A DNA stretch of 64,000 nt. Origin: Lingula anatina. Lineage: Eukaryota; Animalia; Brachiopoda. A program made the translations under genes and the position numbers. The notes beneath the pieces are model-generated. The model saw only the letters and a program-made list of their open reading frames with translations. It was not told where the DNA came from and made no database searches. The DNA lies in the NCBI GenBank assembly GCA_051362555.1, contig CM120646.1, positions 8,556,001-8,620,000 of the forward strand, read 5' to 3'. Each line of letters starts with the position of its first letter. Positions within the stretch are counted from its first letter, which is position 1. This document shows, in pieces, positions 12,921 through 26,363 of the stretch.

Positions 12921-13329
12921 ACCTCTCTTGTGAATATAAGGCCATGGTATTGTTCAGCGTTTGCACTGAACGCGTGAGAGAGACGGTAACGTCACCTTAG
13001 CCACATTCCTTTTTAAATTAACGCAATTTAACTATTTTGATGCAACGCAGTAAAGTCGAAGCATTGTTAGCGTGTCCTTAATTAAACCGTCTCCATTTAA
13101 AACGACACGGTGCAGCAAAGGCGACGCATTGTAATATCGCCCCTAATTAAGACCTCTAATTCTACTTAGTCACTAGAAGACTTGTTAACTTTACTCTGTC
13201 TAGATGCCACGATTTCTTAATAGTAAATATCATGAGAATCAGTGATCTGAGAGTAGTATAAAAGCTCGTCCTCCCAGTTGCCACTTATCTCGCTAGCTGA
13301 CAGCTTAGACAGATCATCTCCGTAGTAAG
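12921..13329 (+). promoter_or_regulatory. Conserved promoter and non-coding exon 1 of CBM14-LamG gene copy 1
   Basis: TATAAAA 13257-13263; probable 5'UTR exon ~13283-13329 ending AAG|GTGAGT. The ~400-bp block recurs upstream of copies 2 and 3. Confidence 0.8.
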
Positions 13330-13597
13330 GTGAGTCTCAGTGGTACCTTCAAATAGTACCCTCAGTTTTGAACTGGAGCCAGGATACATGTACAAGGAGA
13401 TGCATATATAACAGTAGGCATGGACTATTTTACAAAAGACTGGAAAATTTCTAATTGTTGTCTCGCTTTGTTCGTTAGACTGTTCTCTGAGGGGGCTGGG
13501 AAGGAAAAGGGAACTAACGTATGTCCAACTTTACCCTCCCCTGCATTGGGTGCCTCAGCATTGATACTTATGTTTTTTTTCAATTTCCAGTTTCATC

Positions 13598-16500
13598 ATG
13601 CTTCGCCTTATCATCCTCGCCTTGGTGGGCAGTGCCCTCGCTACATACGACGAGCATCATATTGGTGAGTAACCTGCCTGGCGAAATACTGTTTAATTTC
13701 TCTACTTATATGACGCATGTTATTTTGAATAACATCTAGATTCAAAGGTACTCAACGCAATTGTTGGACAAATATCTAAATATATCAAAATGATAAGAAT
13801 GATGAATAGGCTTAACCTGTTACGCGGACTAAACTTGGCATAATCTTTTTATTACGTCGACTGCGATCACCTTAACTTGATGGTAGCATTTTGGATTTCG
13901 TTTCAAAGCAAAATCGGTACAAGTAGCATACACGTGTAGCAGTGATATAAATCAAATATAAGTTATTTATCTCTATCCACAGCTCCCAAATTCAACGACT
14001 TCTGCAAGAAGTGCATCGAAGAGAGAAATGGCGTTGGCTACTACGAGAACCCAGAAGACTGCAAAACTTATCTCCAGTGTGATTTGGATGATGATCTTAA
14101 CATCAAGGTTCACGTGAAGGAATGTGCTGAAGGCACCCTCTTCGACGGTACCATCGTTACCTGCGTTCCATGTGAGGTCGCCACCTGCCCAGGCAGCAAG
14201 GTCCCATACCCACAGTGCCCACCAAGAAGTGAGTTAATGGTTTTTATTTTGCAAAAAGAATCACTATAGAGATATACCACTAGTCAACATTACAAAGACA
14301 ATGTATGGACATGTTTTCATCTTAAATGAATACGAGCTAATATCATTAAGACGGCATCACTGTTTGTTTACAATTTTAAGTTTAACATTAACATACACCT
14401 AAAAACAAGCCTTCTTTTTCCTCAGCCGCCCCACCAACCACCACCCTCGCTTACACCACCCTTCCCCAGTTTGACGGCAAATGTGACGGCCCTGACGGAT
14501 GGACCTACTTGGCTGTGTGGGGTGATGCCAACACCTTCTACAGATCCCAGACCCTTGGTGATGAGACCAGAATCGAGCGTGTCAGCTGCGGACAGTGGGA
14601 GTTCAACGTTAAGAGATGCATGTGCATGGTTCCAGGTATGTGCGAATCTGACAAATATCATATTACATAAATACTTTTACGCGCGTTCTCCTTTTTCACG
14701 AATTCAGTTACTCCACAATGTCCACTGTTATATTTGTATCCATCCTTAAACATGGAATGACAATGTATTCATTATATTGAAACATATCTTACAGATCTCC
14801 AGGCTATCGCCCTGTGGCCTTTCGATGAGCACACTGACACCACCGTCGATAACTTCTGGACAGACTGCGCTGGTGTAGAGCTTTCTGAAGGTAAAGTCGG
14901 ATACGCTGCTCACTTCAACGGCACCGTCCACTGCGAGGTCCCACGTTTTAACAACTACCCATGGGGCTCTGCCCTCACCATTTCCTTCTGGTACAAGAAC
15001 GCTGCTCACGCTAAGAACGACCGTGAAGGTCTCCTCAGCAACGGTAACTGCGCCATCGAGCCAACCATCTCCTTCTGGTCTGACCGCGGCTATCTTGGAG
15101 GCCGCGTCCTGGTCAACAACAACGGCACTCTCCTCACCGTCGACCTCGGCAAGAACGTAAGTATTGTTCAAAAACGGCATATATTAAGAAAAATGGTTGT
15201 TGCATATTCTCTACCCGAGGCCAGTTGAGTGATGACGTCAGTTATGTGTAAAAATACTCACAGAAAAGAGCCAGAGAAATGCCTGTGACTATTATGTAAG
15301 TAACATACAACTTTAATTTTGCGATTATACTACATATCTATCCTCCCGACGTCACTACAACAAACAACGTCAAACATCATATCTACTTCTTTAACGTCAC
15401 CATCTCATAGAACATTATGTCGCAACTAGCATGGTCCTAACCGCATTGTAACGTAATACGGAAGCAGGCGTGAACACAGTTGTTACAAATGTTTTAAATT
15501 GTTAGTAATGGATAGCTTCACTTGAAGAGGCCTTATTATAGTGAAACGATAAACAACTGTGCATAACTCTAAGCCATCTTGGTTAAAATAATGTTTTTTA
15601 TAAATAATCAAAACGTGTTCTGTTGATTACGTCAGAAATGCACCTCAGGCGAATGATTCAAGAAACCATTTATAGTATTTCACAAAAGATACATAATACC
15701 GTCCTAAGTGGACTGATAGGTGCTCTGGAGAACCAGAAATACCTGAATAGCCACTAAATGAAATTTTACCCACAAAAACGCCTCTATTATGTAATCCGAA
15801 GAAAATGTATCTATGAAGTATGCACAATCATAATTACGTCATATGCCATGGTATCCCCTTAACTTTGTATTATACTCCTATTATTGATATTCTTCACATC
15901 ACAGGGTGGCAGCGGCTGGAACCACGTCGCCATGGTCTACGATGGTCTCAGACTGGTGCTTTACGTCAACGGAAAAGTTGTCGTTGATGATATCGCTGTC
16001 GGTATGTACAGTTATTTTGAAATTTATTAATAGCTATATGTTCAATTTTTTAAAACTCTTTGCTGCCTCTGCTATAGGATATATTTAATTGTTCGTCTCG
16101 AGTATTTTCCAACTAAAAAAAGATAATATATAAGATACGATAACAGTGTTTATATTGTGATCTATAATTTTCCAGAAATATTCAATTTTGTGAAGATTGT
16201 TTCAGTTTCATTTTATTATTTTCTACAGGTGCTATCCCAGCTACCCTTGCTCCACTGTACATGGGCAGAGACTTGAACTGTGAGGCCGTTGATGCCCGTT
16301 ACAGCAACACCAACCTTGTCGGATTCCTCGATGAGGTAATTCTTCTTGATATCTTTATTTGTTGGATTGGAATGAAAAAAAAATTTGGGTATCTTTATTT
16401 GTTAGATTGAAATGAAAATCTGTACTACTTGCTTGTTTAACAACTGTTTCCGAACAAGTCAAAAATGTAATTTGGACAAGAATATTGTTATATCTGCTAT

Positions 16501-16980
16501 ATTCACTGGAATATTCAGGATATCATTGAGCGGAGTGGGAAGATGATTGTTTCAGTGTCATTAATTACCTTAATTGAAATGAAAAAGCTTTTTATTGCAT
16601 ACCAGCTGCTGTAAGATAAGATAAATAAGAAATTCAATTTAATGTAAATAGATGATCTTCATTTTATTGAATCGGTCATTTTGCCACTTTTGTCACTTCC
16701 AGAGTTCGAATATAGATTGCCAACTCCACCGTATTATGCATACGCGTGCCTTACATACACAATTGGTTTTTAAAATTCTATAGTATTCTGTTATATGCTT
16801 CTATAGTATGCTTCACAACCTGATTACTTTCTATCTTTGTTGATAATAAATTGGAATGTTCTTTTCACATTTCACATGTTCTTTATTCAGGTCCAGATCT
16901 ACGACTGGGCTCTTACCGACGCCATGATCTGGAAGCTCAATGCTGGAGAGAGAAACATCAAGATGGCCAGAACTGACTAA
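13598..16980 (+). CDS. Secreted chitin-binding (CBM14/peritrophin-A-like x2) + LamG/ConA-like protein, Pif-like, copy 1 (392 aa)
   Basis: Exons 13598-13664, 13983-14228, 14426-14635, 14795-15156, 15905-16001, 16229-16335, 16891-16980; all GT-AG, phases consistent, 1179 nt. Signal peptide MLRLIILALVGSALA; GVGYYENPEDCKTYLQC..CAEGTLFD..C; Pro/Thr linker; second degenerate Cys domain; LamG motifs LWPFD, TISFWYK, WNHVAMVYDG..LYVNG, GFLDEVQIY. AATAAA at 17331. Confidence 0.88.
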
Positions 16981-19279
16981 ATGAATTGTCTGTTATTGCC
17001 AATGATGACTGCAATACCCCATGACGAATGTTCGGACTTAGTGCGTTTGACAGTGCGTGAAACGCGAAGGTCGAGCTGAATTTCAATTTCACTTTCAAGT
17101 TAAAAATATCCATGATATGACTATGATGTCTGTGGACAGTCACCCCAAGTTTTTAGACTGACAAGGACCCACTGATATTGTTATTGTGCGCCGGTTTCGA
17201 TATGAGTAAGCTCATTTTGGTTATAGAATGAGTGTAACAGTGAGACTGCGAAACTCAGGGTACGCGTAGAAAGAACCATACAGTATGAACAGTGTCGACG
17301 TGTATTTATTTATCGTAGCATTTTAATTTTAATAAAAAGAAGCAGCACATGATATATTTTTCTTGTGTCACAGATTTTTAAAAACAAAATGATTTTCTAT
17401 GTTGAGTGGGCAAATGTCTTTGGTGCTTGCTATATGCCGATGACGTAGCCCACTTGGCACCGAACCCTGACGATCTCCATGTATTAAATGTATAACGTAC
17501 GAATTTCTGATTTATTTGCAAAAAAAGATGCAACTTAAAATTTGATGAAACTACACTGATCCCCAAAATCAAAGTAATATTGTTATCAATTTTCTTCAAA
17601 ATTAACCCTGTGAAAATTTATGTCGTTATTGTACACGCACTTTGTGCCTCTTGCCATACATGTAAACATTCACATCATTATCCATACCTAGTAAACAACA
17701 AAAAAAACGAGATATTGGTTGTTCGATGAAAGCCACTTTTATTAGATAAGCCCACTGAAGAATTTTCTTGAAAAAGTAATTTGATATTGGAACTCTGTTG
17801 TTACCTTGTACAACTAAACCGTGACGTGCTACAATTCAGCTAAAGCTCGACTGAGCAAAATACCACTGTCCGGCTTAGATGTGTGCGCAGGGGGCTCTAC
17901 TTATCGACAACAGTTTAGGCGGGGTAGATGTATACAGGAAAACGTTTGGCTGGCATCTTGGGCTCAATATTGAAAATCAACTTGTACATAGCGTTATATA
18001 ACAAGTTATAGGAAGCTATCACATGCAAGCTTGTTATGTTGGCAAACAGATTGCCAGGCAGTATATAATAGCAGCATGTCTTACATCCAGGTAGGTAGCA
18101 AAACTACGTCAAACGAACCAGAAGTGGTTTAAATGCGTTACAGGGAATCTCCGCTCACTTTATCTGTAACTTTCTGAACACACCAGAGAGCTCAGTATCT
18201 TGTCGTATGAAACACTAATGCACTGCACATAGAATAGTATTAGTGAAAGATACACCTAGGAATCTCACACGTACTGATAAGCGCCTTCGGACACAAAAGC
18301 TATCTGAACCAAATTGCAGCTCCTTCACAAAATTCAAAGAAATGTGTTAGAGGAGACAAGCAGTTTGATAAAACAAAGACAATGTTGTTAATGCTGAATT
18401 TCAAGCAGTCGTTTAGTTAAAGATTAATATATATCTCAATCTAGGTTGCTCTCTCCCCGTGTGCCGTGCGTTAAAATCGTTCACGATTTTCTTCGTGATT
18501 CTTTTCGGATTGTCACAATTTTCTTTCACAAATTCCAAGAGGCCACGGAGACCGTGATTCATTGGCAGAGCCGCACCTTGCCTCCACGCAGAAGCTACAT
18601 GAAAAGTAAGAATACTGGTTCCGTAGGCACTTCTCATGCCAAATGTAACCTAGACATTAACGAGCTCAGGTGACTGATGATTACAATGAAAGGGCATGAA
18701 AACCAAGATTCCCTATCCCACTACGTGAGTGGAGACAATCAACAGTGTTAGATCAGATTAGCAGTACAAGAAGAACACGTTAAGTTAAAACTTTTTCATA
18801 TATTTACAATACATTTTTTCGTTAAATTATTGAATAAAAGAAGAACGGTTGTGCAAATCCAAAAAGGATATTAAATTATAGATCTACATGTATTTAATTT
18901 GAAATTTATGATCACCTGTGCGGGACAGAGCACCTTTACGGTAGTGGGGATGGTTTCTGAGGCTAACGACTCGGCTAAATGGCTTGACAAAATTGATCAG
19001 TTGGTTAACGAGCGGCGTCTCTGTATAAACAGGGTTGGTATAGCCCATACATGAACCAGACGCTTGATTTTCGGCCGTTGGTACCAAAAATGGGACGACT
19101 TGCTATGCCCATTACACATATTTGAAGTAAAATAATTTAATGTTTAATGTTCTCATAGCGCTTTTTAGTAAGGCCTATGTCTCTAGTGTCCAAATATGTG
19201 TAATAGCTTTCTCATACTGGTAACTTTTTGTGTGCTGTCACACCTTATATAACCCCACCCCTGCAGCAGCAAAGACTTT

Positions 19280-20600
19280 TTTTCAGATGGGAGTAGGGGA
19301 GAGAAAACACTTACTATATCTATATGGTAACAGGTATATCAATAAATTGTATATCTTTATAGAGGCAAGGGATGGGACAATTAATTTCATTAGTCATGAA
19401 TGCATCGCAATTAGACACGGGTCATTGATAATGGGTCAAAGGTCACAGGAGGTCTTTCTTTGGTAATTTTTCATAAAATAAAACCAATTTTTAAAAAATC
19501 ATTGTTTGAGTACGAATATGGTATTTGGTGAGTGATTTGTAAACATGGTATAGTCTTATGCTTATGATCAAAATTTGGAGCCTCAGCTGTCTTATTTTAG
19601 ATAATTATGCAAAAGAATGTGAACCTTAGGGTCAAAATATACCCTCTTTAAAAGTGGGGGTAGGTGAGAGAATATGGTTAAAATATATCAATGCATTATG
19701 TATCCTTATGAAGGTCAGAGGTGGGACAATTAATTTCATAAGTCCTGAATGCATGACAATAAGTCAAGAGTCATTGATAATGGGTAAAATGTCGCAAGAG
19801 GTCATATTTTATGGATTTTTCATAAATTTAAACCAAAATCTTTTAAAAAAACATTGCTTGAGAAAGAAATTAAATTTTGGCAAATGATTTGTAGACATGG
19901 TATATAGTGTAATGCTTATGAACAAAATTTGGAGCCTCGACTGTCTTATTTTAAAAAATCGTGCAAAGTAATAAAATGTGAACCTAACATTCAAAATATG
20001 GGTTCTTTGAAAGTGGGGGTAGGTGAGAAAAAATGCTTGTCATATCAAATTGGTCAGAGATATAACAATGCATTATATATCATTTTTGAGTCAAAGGATG
20101 GAACAATTGATTTCATAAATCATGAATGTATGAATAATTAGTCAAGGGCCATTAATAAGGGATCAAATGTCACAAGTGGTCATATTCTACGGATTTTTAA
20201 AATTTAAACCAAAATCTTTTTTTTTAAATATTGTTTGAGAAAGAAATTGGTATTTGGTGAATGATTTGTTAACATGATTTGTCCATTAGCATAATGCTTA
20301 TGAATAACATTTGGAGCCGCAACTTTTTTATTTAAAAAAATTATGTAACTAGTTAAGTGTCAACCTAACAGTCATAATATGGCCTCCTTGAAAGTGGGGG
20401 TTGGGGAGAGAAACTGTTCATCATTTGAAGATAGTAGAAGATACAGCAACAAAATGCACATATTTATGCAGCTTTGGGAAAGGATAGTTAATTTTTTGAT
20501 GAAGACACATGTAAACAAAGTCATGCTTCATTAGAAATATTCATTGGAAATAGGTCAAAAGGTCGGATTAGGTCAAAATTCAGCATCAGTGTAAGCTTTT
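19280..20600. repeat. Degenerate tandem array of ~360-380-bp units (about 4 copies), probably transposon-internal
   Basis: A gtgggggt(a/t)gg(t/g)gaga-like anchor recurs near 19287, 19653, 20013 and 20394, with shared downstream motifs (atgcttatga..aaatttggagcc). Confidence 0.8.
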
Positions 20601-22290
20601 TCATAAATATGAACGTAAACAGCATTAAACGAGAACATTTAAGTTTATAGAAATAATTCTGGGCTATAACTTCATGTTGGTGACTATTAAAGACTAGTTC
20701 ATTAAGTCTGAGGCCCTTTCTTTAATTTTTAGATTTTTTAAATTGCAAATTATATGACTTCAATTCAAAATATAAGTGAGAAGTTTCTGTTATAAGGAGT
20801 AAGAGAGTGAAATTCTACTCTCATTCAATTTGGAAGAAGTAAGGTAGATAACTTCTGTGCCATAGTCTGTATCCAAAGGATATCAATTTTTCTTTTTTAT
20901 AGAGCGCACATTAACATGCATAAATGGGTCAGTGGTTGGTCAACGATCACCCACACTCACTTTACAGCATAAAAATCTAAGCATTATCTAAAAAGCTTAA
21001 CATTTAGATGAAAACGTTTGGATGATTTAATGATTTAAAAATGATACCTGTTATTTATAAAACATGTTCAAAGGAATAACTAAAAGTTTTTTCTTTCTTT
21101 CTTTCTTTCTTTTCTTTTTCTTTTGTATTTGAAACATATAAAATTTCTAAATCTGTATTATTAAATACAACACCCTTTATAATCAACAATTATGCAGTTC
21201 ACCATCAGACAGTATCTGAGGTCCAGCAGTTAAAAGTGCTTGTCAATTCAGTGTACACAATGGATAGTTTTCCATCTAAGCAAATTTGTAAAAATTGAAA
21301 GAACAATGATTTCTAAAAATAGCAGTGCATATTATGTAAGCCACTGTATAGGTGAAAATATTGATTTGGAATAAGTATAAAAGTATAAAATCTTAATTTA
21401 CTGAAGAATTAAACATAGTCTATTAATAAACATGAATGTGATCAGGAACTTATTCTGCCACAAGCAGCTTGGTTTCCACATTTCTTTTACCATCTAATAC
21501 GTAAACTTTAAATGGCAGATTTAGAATGCCAAATCTTCTGTTACAGTATACAGTGTATATAGTGAGAGAGTGAACATATTTCATTTCAGTTTGGAATTTT
21601 TTTCTATAATTATTACCAGTATACTAGCGCCCAAGTACTGACTGGGCTGGCTCATGGAAAAAATGATCTAACTGATGGCTAACTTAAATTACTAATAGCT
21701 AAAACAGACTGTTCAACCAAATAATTGATAAAATTGACAAAACACATTAAGACAATTATCAACATGATAGTATGGTTATATATGCCATGATACCTACTTC
21801 TGCTAATCTATATATTAACTGTTACTAACGTGTTTGGTTCACACTTAAAACTAGTAAACATAATTTTCTAAAATCAGACAGCTGATGCTCCAATTCTGCT
21901 TATAAGCACAGGACTTTACCAAGTTTACAAATCATTTTAAGCCAGAAAGGCCACCGTTCACTGGTGTATTTGTGATTTCCTCGACTTCCTTCGCACTCCA
22001 AGTCCGAGTGGTAATGTAGCAGAATGCTCTTAACCGACACCGCACTGAAGCTTGGATAACCAAGTGTAAGAATATGTCGCTGGCTACAGTATGTTATCGA
22101 TGGTGGTGTTCATCTGTGTGACCAGAGAATAAAGTAATAAATGTATCACGTGTTGTGGTCGTGTTAATTCACCAAAAACGTGCCGTTTTTGTGCAGATAT
22201 TATTTCTTAACAAGAAGGCAATGCACCTACATGCATACCAAAGATCAAATGTATCACAAGTGTAATAAGCTGCCTATTTTGGCAATGTAT

Positions 22291-22692
22291 ACCTCTCCTG
22301 TGAATATAAGGCTGCAGTATTGTTCAGTGGGTACACGAACGCGTGAGAGAGACGGTAACGTCACCATAGCCACATTCCTCCTTTAAATTAAGACAATTAA
22401 ACCAAATTGACGGCACACAGTAAAGTCGAAGCATTGTTAGTGTGCCCTGAATAAAATCGTTTAGATGACACGGCGCAGCAAAGGCGACGCATTGTAACTT
22501 CGATCCTAATTAAGACATTTAATTCAACTTGGTCGCTAGAAGACTTGTTAACCTTACTCTCTATGGATGCCGCGATTTCTTAATAGTAAATATCATGAGA
22601 ATCAGTAATCTGGGAGTAGTATAAAAGCTCGTCCTCCCAGTTGCCACTTATCTCGCTAGCTGACAGCTTAGACAGATCATCTCCGTAGTAAG
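22291..22692 (+). promoter_or_regulatory. Conserved promoter and non-coding exon 1 of copy 2
   Basis: TATAAAA 22620-22626; exon ends 22692|GTGAGT; aligns with 12921-13329. Confidence 0.8.
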
Positions 22693-23056
22693 GTGAGTTT
22701 CAGTGGTACCTTTAAATATTGCCCTCGGTGTGAACAGGAGGCAGTACACGAGTGATTGTATTAATACGAGGATACGAGTGATTGTATTAACGGCGGTGAC
22801 AAGGCAATATATACAATGACCGTGTATTTCATGGCAAACAGAATTTTTACCTTTCGTGTTACTTTGTCAGAGTTCTTCCAGATACAATTTACATGTTCTA
22901 GTGGAGTCAGGGGTTTGACATGGAGAGAAGGAGCAGTGGAAACTTTAAACGCTTTGGTATTATTATTATTATTATTGATTTACATTGTGCTACACATTTG
23001 TACAAACTCAGGTTAAGCGTTAATTTTTGTTTGTTTGTTTTTTTTTCAGTTTCATT

Positions 23057-26000
23057 ATGCTTCGCCTTATCATCCTCGCCTTGGTGGGCAGTGCCCTCGC
23101 TAGATACGACGAGCATCATATTGGTGAGTAATTAAATATCTGCCCGACGATAACAAATATACCAATTTATTTCTCTTCGTATTTAGCTGGCTCGTGAACA
23201 TATGAACCATAGATTTTTTCTTTAACATATCAAGTTAAAGGTACATACGATGGAACGTCGCTGCCGGACAAGTATCTTTATATATATAGATATAAAAGAA
23301 ATTTAAGTATATTATATATCAAATTACAAGAATAATGAGTAGCCTGTTAAGCAATTTAAACGTTACTACAAATGTATGTAATTATTTTGAATTTGGTTTC
23401 TAAACAAAATTGATAAAGGTAGCTGCAAGTACCAGTATAAGAGTGCTATCTGTAAATTGTAAACATTTTATTATATTCACAGCTCCTAAATTTAACGACT
23501 TCTGCAAGAAGTGTATCGAAGAGAGAAATGGCGTTGGCTACTACGAGAACCCAGAAGACTGCAAAACTTATCTCCAGTGTGATTTGGATGATGATCTTAA
23601 CATCAAGGTTCATGTGAAGGAATGTGCTGAAGGCACCCTCTTCGACGGTACCATCGTTACCTGCGTTCCATGTGAGGTCGCCACCTGCCCAGGCAGCAAG
23701 GTCCCATACCCACAGTGCCCACCAAGAAGTGAGTTAATGGATCTCATTTTACATGTACAAATCAAAGCATAGGATAACGCTGACATTGTATGGAAATATC
23801 TTTTCTTCTCAAATAAGCACAAACTAAAATAATTAAGACTGATTGTTTACCATTTTAGGTTTAACATTGCCGTTCCATAAAAAATAATACTTCTTTTTCC
23901 TCAGCCGCCCCACCAACCACCACCCTCGCTTACACCACCCTTCCCCAGTTTGACGGCAAATGTAACGGTCCTGACGGATGGACCTACTTGGCCGTGTGGG
24001 GTGATGCCAACACCTTCTACAGATCCCAGACCCTTGGTGATGAGACCAGAATCGAGCGTGTCAGCTGCGGACAGTGGGAGTTCAACGTTAAGAGATGCAT
24101 GTGCATGGTTCCAGGTATGTGATTATCTAATTAAGATCTTATAGTTTTGACAACAATTACTTTACATTACCGATGCTTTCACGTTTCAGCGTTTTTTTTT
24201 ACCAATTCAGTCACTACATAATGCCAGAACATTTGAAAATTCTTTCATAAAAGGGAATTAAAATGTATATAATATACTGAAACATTTCTTACAGATCTCC
24301 AGGCTATCGCTCTGTGGCCTTTCGATGAGCACACCGACACCACCGTCGATAACTTCTGGACAGACTGCGCTGGTGTAGAACTTTCTGACGGTAAAGTCGG
24401 ATACGCTGCCCACTTCAACGGCACCGTCCACTGCGAGGTCCCACGTTTTAACAACTACCCATGGGGCTCTGCCCTCACCATTTCTTTCTGGTACAAGAAC
24501 GCTGCTCACGCTAAGAACGACCGTGAGGGTCTCTTCAGCAATGGCAACTGCGCCATCGAGCCAACCATCTCCTTCTGGTCTGACCGCGGCTATCTTGGAG
24601 GCCGTGTCCTGGTCAACAACAACGGCACTCTCCTCACCGTTGACCTCGGCAAGAATGTAAGTATTGTTCAAAATTGGAAAAATATATCATAAATTATATT
24701 GCAGTCAAATTTCGTCTTCATATACATTTTACCAGCTATGACGTCAACTCAATGCAAAATACTGACAGTAAAAAAAAAAAGAGCACATAGTAAGTCAGAA
24801 ACATTATGAACATCTATATGAAAACCATTCTGTTGCCCTAGTAGAGGGCAGTTATTACCGGTGTTTATAGTACAAAAGTGTCTCTGAGAGACCGTTATTT
24901 CGTTAAGCAATAAGCAATGACAATAATGTATTGCTACTCTTCATATTCTTCGCATCACAGGGTGGCAGCGGCTGGAACCACGTCGCCATGGTCTACGATG
25001 GTCTCAGACTGGTGCTTTACGTCAACGGAAAAGTTGTTGTTGATGATATCGCTGTCGGTATGTACCAGTACAACATATATTTCTCTAAATTATTCTGTAT
25101 ATTAATTTCATTTATTTATTTATTTTATATCAATAATTTTGTATCTTATCTCTATTTTACCTATGAACATGATGGACTTGGATACATATCAATTACCAGT
25201 ACTAACTTTAAAAAAGTTAAAAATGGCAAAATCATAAGCACTGTTTCTCGACCTATTATTGCTTGTGCACATGTGTGCTATAAGTAACTTGAGACCGCTA
25301 GTGAAACAATTGTATAAATACCTGCTTAAAATATTATATAAGCTAATGTCACTAGGGACATTAATGTATTTTGATATTTTTATCTAAGGTTATATTAGTT
25401 ATATTGCAATCTGTAATTTTTCTATAGGTGCTATCCCAGCTACCCTTGCTCCACTGTACATGGGCAGAGACTTGAACTGTGAGGCCGTTGATGCTCGTTT
25501 CAGCAACACCAACCTTGTCGGATTCCTCGATGAGGTAACTAAGCCGGATACCTTTATTTGTTAGATTGAAATGAAAAAATATTTTCCTCCTTGCCTGCCT
25601 ACCAACAGTATCTGAACAAGTCAGAAATTTATTTTAATTTAATTATTATAATTCTGCTATGTCCACTGGAGTATCCAGGATATAAAAAAGTGGGATAGGA
25701 AAGTAAATTATTTCCGTATGGTTATTTACCTTACATGAAATGAAATTTTTTATCGAGTGCTTACCAGTTGCTACCGATGCGATGCGATGCGATGGTGTAA
25801 AATAAGAAAATTAATTTGATGGAAGTTCTTAAATATTTTTATTGTCACACACAATGATGCAGATGAACAGTGGCGTGCATCTTAAGACGAATGTATTTAG
25901 CAAAGATACCATCTTATTAGAATAATTTATGATTTAAAGTAAGCGAGTCATTTTCAGAGCTCAGATAGATTGCCAAATCCCCTCTAATATGCATTCCAGC

Positions 26001-26363
26001 AAACGCGTCACGTTCGTACCACGTAGTTAATCCGTCGCTATGGCATTATAATGTGGTAGCAACGTGCTAGCCACGCGATTCGAACGTGACGTGTTTGCTG
26101 GGATGCACGTGTCTTTCCGAACTGTATACACACAGTTAGTTTAGTAATTGTGTTCGTGTTTCTGTTGATAGCATCAGGAAAGAGATAAATATCATTCATA
26201 CTTCAAATGTTGATAACAAAGTGCAATATTCTTTATGAGCAATTTTCTCACATTTCACATGTTCTTTATTCAGGTCCAGATCTACGACTGGGCTCTTACC
26301 GACGCCATGATCTGGAAGCTCAATGCTGGAGAGAGAAACATCAAGATGGCCAGAACTGACTAA
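23057..26363 (+). CDS. Secreted CBM14 + LamG Pif-like protein, copy 2 (392 aa)
   Basis: Exons 23057-23123, 23483-23728, 23905-24114, 24295-24656, 24961-25057, 25428-25534, 26274-26363. Lengths are identical to copy 1 (67/246/210/362/97/107/90) and the frame is intact. Confidence 0.88.
25990..26107. mobile_element. Palindromic MITE in the last intron of copy 2
   Basis: tgcattccagcaaacgcgtcacgttcg ... cgaacgtgacgtgtttgctgggatgca. It is absent from the matching intron position of copy 1 (~16735-16750). Confidence 0.7.

Noticed and set aside
14746-15180. Repeated minus-strand ORFs (also 24258..24671 and 31325..31792)
   Set aside because: Antisense shadows of the LamG exon, consistent with biased codon usage; splice signals support the + strand only.
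17800-18750. Possible decayed LINE reverse-transcriptase fragment (-), e.g. FATYLDVRHA
   Set aside because: One weak motif and many stops; not supportable without a search.
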